Shown here in pieces: positions 6,825 to 10,462 of a DNA stretch of 10,462 bases. A program made the position numbers and the translations under genes. The notes beneath the pieces were generated by a model. The model was not told where the DNA came from. It was given only the letters and a program-made list of their open reading frames with translations, and did no database searches. Origin of the DNA: a virus (taxonomy: Duplodnaviria > Heunggongvirae > Uroviricota > Caudoviricetes); the IMG/VR virus record IMGVR_UViG_2698536535_000003. The stretch is one strand, 5' to 3'. Every line of letters begins with the position of its first letter. The stretch's first letter is position 1.

Positions 6825-7570
6825 TCTATTGCGCTCCAAAATTCATCACAATCACCTTTGTCTAGCGTAGTGCAGACAAAAGGTAAAAACTCCTCATCTA
6901 CTATCCACTCTTCTGGAATTTCGTCAAGGATAGCAGGAAGCTTGTGTAAACTGTTAACGACCCTCTGGCGGTACTCTACGCGATCCACTAAATCATATTG
7001 CCATTTGCGGTTACCAGGGCCGTACACGTGCACAGAAAAATCTTCAGGTCCAGCATTCTGATCAAATGAGAGATTATGGTCAATCAGATAATACTTATCG
7101 TTACTGATGTCATAAAGGATGTTAACGTTTCCACCTTTGTCAGTAAGCGTTCTGTCTGCATTTAATATCCATTTATCAAAAACATAGATTAATTTTTGCT
7201 GTTCGACTGGGATGATCGTTTCGTTTCTTGACTGCGTAAACGTTAACGCTATTGCACCGTCAATGAACAATGAAGCAAAGGCATATCCTGTACAAATTTG
7301 TTGCTGCAGATCAGGTGAGTACTCTATAAGTTCCTCTGGCACAAATACGATTTTAAAGTCAGGTAAAGGAAGGCCGATATCATTAGCCAAACATGCCGAA
7401 ATGAACTCAGCTAAGAGATTTTTCGGGGGCATTGATGGTTTTGACTTCAAAACATACAACTGCCCATCATCACATTTGCAAAGAAATGGCTGAGTGGAAC
7501 CTTCATTGATGCGACGTATTACCTCAACGACATTAGGTATTGCACTATTGCTGCTCGCTACGCACTCCAT
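6821..7570 (-). CDS. Atypical protein kinase-fold protein (HipA/PI3-4K-like motifs, 249 aa), first gene of a two-gene moron
   Basis: Track start is a GTG at 7573; the second codon is ATG (7570..7568) with AAGGG 6 nt upstream. Motifs: a nucleotide-binding-like N-terminal segment (INEGSTQPFLCKCDDGQLYVLKSK, with Lys in YVLK), a catalytic-loop-like FDKWILNADRTLTDKGGN, and a downstream LIDHN metal-binding-like segment. Stop TGA at 6823..6821 overlaps the next start. Confidence 0.65.
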   Translation of the reverse strand: MECVASSNSAIPNVVEVIRRINEGSTQPFLCKCDDGQLYVLKSKPSMPPKNLLAEFISACLANDIGLPLPDFKIVFVPEELIEYSPDLQQQICTGYAFASLFIDGAIALTFTQSRNETIIPVEQQKLIYVFDKWILNADRTLTDKGGNVNILYDISNDKYYLIDHNLSFDQNAGPEDFSVHVYGPGNRKWQYDLVDRVEYRQRVVNSLHKLPAILDEIPEEWIVDEEFLPFVCTTLDKGDCDEFWSAIE

Positions 7571-7692
7571 CACTAACCCTTATGTGATTCAAGTCTTCCA
7601 TCTCATTACTCCGCATCTCAAAGAGCGGTTTAACACTGCGTGTTTAAAGAAAAACAACAGGCCTATTGCTGTAACTGTTTTTTAGCCTCACT

Positions 7693-8382
7693 TTAACCAT
7701 GCTTCCTATATGTTTGCGGCATGCTCCCAATAACCTTACCGAAGATGAACACCCGGTTCATCTCGTCTTTCTCGATCGGGTCCCACGGTGAGTAGCTCTT
7801 GTTATCAGAAATAACCAGCAGCTTATCCTTCATCATTTGCAGGCGCTTTACATGGGCGGTGTCGTCATACAGAAACGCATAGATACCATCACCGTCGAAA
7901 GATTTAACCGTGATATCAACGAACAGCAGATCACCTGGTTCGATCGTTCCTGACATGCTGTCACCACGCACGTTAATGATGCGGATATTTTCTGCCTTCC
8001 TACCATCGAACATGTGACGAGCATCGTCAAACGAGTACTCAACCGAGCGTAGAACTTCTACAAACTCACGGTTGATGACTCCCGGCCCGGCACTCACTTC
8101 TATATCAAGAACGTCAATCTTAAAGTATTTGGAATGGCTGACAGTTGATTGTATTGGTTGCACTGTACTGTCTGACATATTTCCAACGCCAGAAGATAAC
8201 CATTCTGCGCGCACACCCAAAGCGTTCGCGATCTCCACGATTTTAGTTGTTTGGTTAGCTTTCCCTGTTTCGATTTTCTGAATAGCAGCTTGGCTAACCC
8301 CGACCAAATCCCCAAGCGCCTTTTGTGTAAGGCCTCGCGCTAATCTGGCTTCTTTAAGTCTTTCTGAGAGTGTTGTTTTCAT
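7693..8382 (-). CDS. cI-type prophage repressor: N-terminal HTH-XRE DNA-binding domain plus C-terminal S24 (LexA-like) autopeptidase domain
   Basis: From ATG at 8382..8380: MKTTLSERLKEARLARGLTQKALGDLVGVSQAAIQKIETGKANQT (HTH), then VRGDSMSGTIEPGDLLFVD (Ser nucleophile) and AHVKRLQMM (catalytic Lys). The track start at 8448 adds 22 N-terminal residues with no support. No SD before the ATG. Confidence 0.85.
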   Translation of the reverse strand: MKTTLSERLKEARLARGLTQKALGDLVGVSQAAIQKIETGKANQTTKIVEIANALGVRAEWLSSGVGNMSDSTVQPIQSTVSHSKYFKIDVLDIEVSAGPGVINREFVEVLRSVEYSFDDARHMFDGRKAENIRIINVRGDSMSGTIEPGDLLFVDITVKSFDGDGIYAFLYDDTAHVKRLQMMKDKLLVISDNKSYSPWDPIEKDEMNRVFIFGKVIGSMPQTYRKHG

Positions 8383-8486
8383 AGACCAAATGTACAACCA
8401 AGGTTTTATTACATCAAACGAAAATGGTTGTTGACTAAAAACAACCATGGTTTTAATCTTGATTCAGATTAACCACGGAGGTTGTT
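8383..8486. promoter_or_regulatory. Divergent immunity control region (oR operators with pRM-like and pR-like promoters)
   Basis: Perfect palindrome ATGGTTGTT-N7-AACAACCAT at 8424..8448 overlaps a plus-strand TTGACT (8431..8436) with a 17-nt spacer to TAATCT (8454..8459), then GGAGG (8477..8481) and the cro ATG at 8487. On the minus strand TTGATG (8417..8412), 17 nt, TACATT (8394..8389) ends 6 nt before the repressor ATG. An additional half-site-like ACAACCAaGGTT sits at 8394..8405. Confidence 0.55.
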
Positions 8487-8717
8487 ATGAACCCAGCAAT
8501 CAAAACAGCGATCAATATCGTTGGTTCACAAAAGAAACTGGGCGATGCCTGCGAAGTTTCACAGCAGGCCGTCTATAAGTGGCTTCACAACAAAGCAAAG
8601 GTATCCCCTGAACATGTCGGCAGCATTGTTACGGCTACTGGTGGAGTTGTGAAGGCATACCAGATTCGCCCGGACCTTCCGAAGTTGTTTCCACACACCG
8701 AAAAGAACGCAGCTTAA
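8487..8717 (+). CDS. Cro-like HTH regulator (YdaS-family-like, 76 aa)
   Basis: Small protein divergent from the repressor and immediately after the operator region; LGDACEVSQQAVYKWL is HTH-like; the C-terminal ATGGVVKAYQIRPDLP resembles YdaS-type Cro proteins as I recall them. Strong RBS. Confidence 0.8.
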   Translation: MNPAIKTAINIVGSQKKLGDACEVSQQAVYKWLHNKAKVSPEHVGSIVTATGGVVKAYQIRPDLPKLFPHTEKNAA

Positions 8718-8729
8718 ATTTCCATTTCA

Positions 8730-8775
8730 CGCTCTTTAACAATAAGCAATCAACTTAACAGACTGATTAACAGTC
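8730..8775 (+). promoter_or_regulatory. Putative nutR-like site: boxA-like CGCTCTTTA plus boxB-like hairpin
   Basis: CGCTCTTTA at 8730..8738 (lambda boxA consensus CGCTCTTA). Perfect hairpin GACTG-ATTAA-CAGTC at 8761..8775 (5-bp stem, 5-nt loop, no U-run after it), in the cro-cII intergenic position where lambda carries nutR. Confidence 0.3.
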
Positions 8776-8798
8776 AATTCAAACTAAAGGAATTAATT

Positions 8799-9338
8799 AT
8801 GCAACCAATTACATACCAACAGACTAGCGGAATTACCCCGGCTGCGCTGATAAATCGTTCTCAAACAAAACAGGCGACAGGCCACGAAAAAATCCGTGAT
8901 GCCGTTCGCGCCTGGTCGGCTGCAGATAATCAGGATGTTGTTGCCGCACTCATTGTGAATGAGTATCGGGAGCAGGGCGGCGGCACCATCGATTTCCCTG
9001 ATGATGTCAGTCGTGCACGCCAGAAGCTGTTCCGCTTCCTCGATAACAAATTCGATTCTGAAAAATACCGAAATAACGTGCATGAACTGACCCCGGCAAT
9101 TCTGGCGGTACTACCGCTGGAATATCGCAGCCACCTGGCTGAGCAGGATAGCTTCATGGCCCGGTTGGCTGAAATGGAAAAGGAACTCAGTGAGGCAAAG
9201 CAGGCGGTCATTCTCAACGCACCACGCCACCAGAAACTGAAGGAAATGAGTGAAGGTATTGTGTCGATGTTTCGTGTGGACCCGGATCTGGCTGGTCCAT
9301 TAATGGCGATGGTTACCACCATGCTGGGGGCAATATGA
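8799..9338 (+). CDS. YdaT-family-like protein occupying the cII position (179 aa)
   Basis: ATG at 8799 with AAGGA upstream. Segments EYREQGGGTIDFP and LTPAILAVLPLEYRSHL resemble YdaT-type proteins as I recall them; follows a YdaS-like cro. No resemblance to lambda CII. Confidence 0.55.
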   Translation: MQPITYQQTSGITPAALINRSQTKQATGHEKIRDAVRAWSAADNQDVVAALIVNEYREQGGGTIDFPDDVSRARQKLFRFLDNKFDSEKYRNNVHELTPAILAVLPLEYRSHLAEQDSFMARLAEMEKELSEAKQAVILNAPRHQKLKEMSEGIVSMFRVDPDLAGPLMAMVTTMLGAI

Positions 9339-9424
9339 CAGATTCAGAAATGGCGAAAGTCGGTCTGCGGGAACAGAACCGACTTTCAGGTGCAAATCGT
9401 AACGCACTCATTGCGGGAGGAATT

Positions 9425-10354
9425 ATGGCAAACACTGCTGAGATATTCAATTTTCCAGTGCCGGATGTGGCACAAAAGGAGCCGCGCGTGGCAGATCTCG
9501 ATGATGGTTATACGCGCATTGCAAATGAGTTGCTGGAAGCTGTAATGCTGGCCGGATTAACACAGCACCAGCTTCTGGTCTTCCTGGCTGTCATGCGCAA
9601 AACATATGGCTTTAATAAAAAACTGGATTGGGTGAGCAACGAGCAACTTTCCGAGTTGACCGGGATATTGCCGCACAAGTGTTCTGCTGCAAAAAGTGTT
9701 CTGGTAAAGCGTGGGATTTTTATTCAGAGCGGGCGGAATATCGGCATTAATAATGTGGTCAGTGAATGGTCAAAATTACCCGAATCAGGTAAGAAAAATA
9801 AAGTTTACCTGAAAGAGGTAAATTTACCTGAATCAGGTAAGAAAAGTTTACCCAAATCAGGTAAAGGCACTTACCCGAATCAGGTAAACACAAAAGACAA
9901 ACTAACAAAAGACAATATAAAACCTTATTCGTCCGAGAATTCTGGCGAATCCTCTGACCTGCCAGAAAACGACCTTCCTGTGGTGAAAGCGGATGCTGCG
10001 ATTCAGAGCGGCAGCAAGTGGGGGACAGCAGAAGACCTGACCGCCGCAGAGTGGATGTTTGACATGGTGAAGACCATCGCGCCATCAGCCAGAAAACCGA
10101 ATTTTGCAGGGTGGGCTAACGATATCCGTCTGATGCGTGAACGTGATGGACGTAACCACCGCGACATGTGTGTACTGTTCCGCTGGGCCTGCCAGGACAA
10201 CTTCTGGTCCGGTAACGTGCTGAGTCCGGCCAAACTCCGCGACAAGTGGACCCAGCTCGAAATCAACCGGAACAAGCAACAGGCTGGCGTGACAGTCGGC
10301 AAACCAAAACTCGACCTGACAAACACTGACTGGATTTACGGGGTGGATCTATGA
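9425..10354 (+). CDS. O: Replication initiator, lambda O-like (origin-binding protein)
   Basis: From ATG 9425 (GGGAGG 4 nt upstream): MANTAEIFNFPV...RVADLDDGYTRIANELLEA...LVFLAVMRKTYGFNKKLDWVSNEQLSELTGILPHKC parallels the lambda O N-terminal domain. The gene contains the iteron array and its stop overlaps the P start (ATGA). The track start at 9335 is probably a 5' over-extension. Confidence 0.88.
   Translation: MANTAEIFNFPVPDVAQKEPRVADLDDGYTRIANELLEAVMLAGLTQHQLLVFLAVMRKTYGFNKKLDWVSNEQLSELTGILPHKCSAAKSVLVKRGIFIQSGRNIGINNVVSEWSKLPESGKKNKVYLKEVNLPESGKKSLPKSGKGTYPNQVNTKDKLTKDNIKPYSSENSGESSDLPENDLPVVKADAAIQSGSKWGTAEDLTAAEWMFDMVKTIAPSARKPNFAGWANDIRLMRERDGRNHRDMCVLFRWACQDNFWSGNVLSPAKLRDKWTQLEINRNKQQAGVTVGKPKLDLTNTDWIYGVDL
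9776..9887. repeat. Replication origin iterons (ori-lambda-like), five 17-bp palindromic repeats followed by an AT-rich segment
   Basis: TTACCCGAATCAGGTAA (9776..9792), degenerate TTACCTGAAAGAGGTAA (9805..9821), TTACCTGAATCAGGTAA (9824..9840), TTACCCAAATCAGGTAA (9848..9864), TTACCCGAATCAGGTAA (9871..9887). Each contains the palindrome TACCNGA-A-TCAGGTA. A-rich tract 9888..9925 follows. All lie in frame within the O-like gene. Confidence 0.85.
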
Positions 10355-10462
10355 AAAACATCGCCGCACAGATGGTTAACTTTGACCGTGAGCAGATGCG
10401 TCGGATCGCCAACAACATGCCGGAACAGTACGACGAAAAGCCACTGAACCGCCCCGGGTTTC
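10351..10462 (+). CDS. P: Replication protein P-like (DnaB helicase loader), 5' partial, continues past window end
   Basis: ATG at 10351 overlapping the O stop; translation MKNIAAQMVNFDREQMRRIANNMPEQYDEKPLNRPG matches the lambda P N-terminus from memory. Confidence 0.9.
   Translation, partial: MKNIAAQMVNFDREQMRRIANNMPEQYDEKPLNRPGF

Larger units (their letters stand above)
404..10462. mobile_element. Lambdoid prophage (partial; integration end through replication genes), mosaic of P22-like int/xis and lambda-like Red and O/P modules
   Basis: Gene order int-xis-accessory-exo-bet-gam-pL-(moron)-repressor-cro-cII slot-O-P, with early-left genes on the minus strand and early-right genes on the plus strand. 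Confidence 0.9.

Noticed and set aside
6253-7685. Plus-strand ORFs 6253..6438, 6858..7061, 7212..7493, 7494..7685 and minus-strand 6457..6660 inside the moron
   Set aside because: Nested or antisense to the two long coupled ORFs; AT-rich DNA generates many short spurious frames. 7494..7685 has a hydrophobic stretch but lies antisense to the kinase-like gene start and intergenic region with no RBS.
7571-7692. Terminator between the repressor and the kinase-like gene (weak AACAG...CTGTT hairpin followed by a U-run on the minus strand)
   Set aside because: Stem is only about 5 bp with a 14-nt loop; at most an attenuator. Co-transcription with the repressor remains the more likely reading.
7848-8315. 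ORFs 7848..8042, 8072..8281 and 8100..8315 within the repressor gene
   Set aside because: Alternative-frame or antisense ORFs inside the cI-type repressor gene.
8793-9322. Minus-strand ORFs 8793..9083 and 8930..9322
   Set aside because: Antisense to the YdaT-like gene; no RBS or recognisable product.
9335-9424. Longer O start at 9335
   Set aside because: ATG at 9425 has a near-perfect GGGAGG RBS and aligns with the lambda O N-terminus; the upstream extension overlaps the end of the preceding gene and has no RBS.
9776-9887. Possible CRISPR array (short direct repeats with spacers)
   Set aside because: Repeats are 17 bp and palindromic, with variable spacing between iteron starts, lie in frame inside the O gene and are followed by an AT-rich tract: replication-origin iterons, not CRISPR.
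9759-10326. Minus-strand ORFs 9759..10085, 10003..10326 and 10085..10279
   Set aside because: Antisense to the O-like gene, which is confidently assigned.

Overview
This window reads as the integration-proximal and early/immunity region of a mosaic lambdoid prophage, mostly on the minus strand. From left to right: a partial leftward ORF with an integrase-like N-terminus (1..261); a tRNA 3'-end-like att core (404..422); a P22-type int/xis pair; a block of small accessory genes (TraR/DksA-like zinc finger, orphan N6-adenine methyltransferase, small ORFs); lambda-type Red recombination genes exo, bet and a short-form gam; a pL/oL-like control region; a cI-type HTH + S24 peptidase repressor with divergent pRM/pR-like operators; a YdaS-like Cro and a YdaT-like protein in the cII slot; a lambda O-like initiator with an internal iteron origin; and the start of a lambda P-like gene. 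The most interesting element is an AT-rich, translationally coupled two-gene module (5997..7570, minus strand) sitting exactly where lambda carries rexA-rexB, directly downstream of the repressor and closed by a strong intrinsic terminator. It encodes a protein with atypical (HipA/PI3-4K-like) kinase motifs and a DUF3037-like protein, and I propose it as a candidate lysogen-expressed anti-phage or abortive-infection system of unknown mechanism. All family assignments are from reading the translations and from memory of known sequences; no searches were run. The ORF track uses alternative start codons, so several starts were re-placed at ATG codons with Shine-Dalgarno support.
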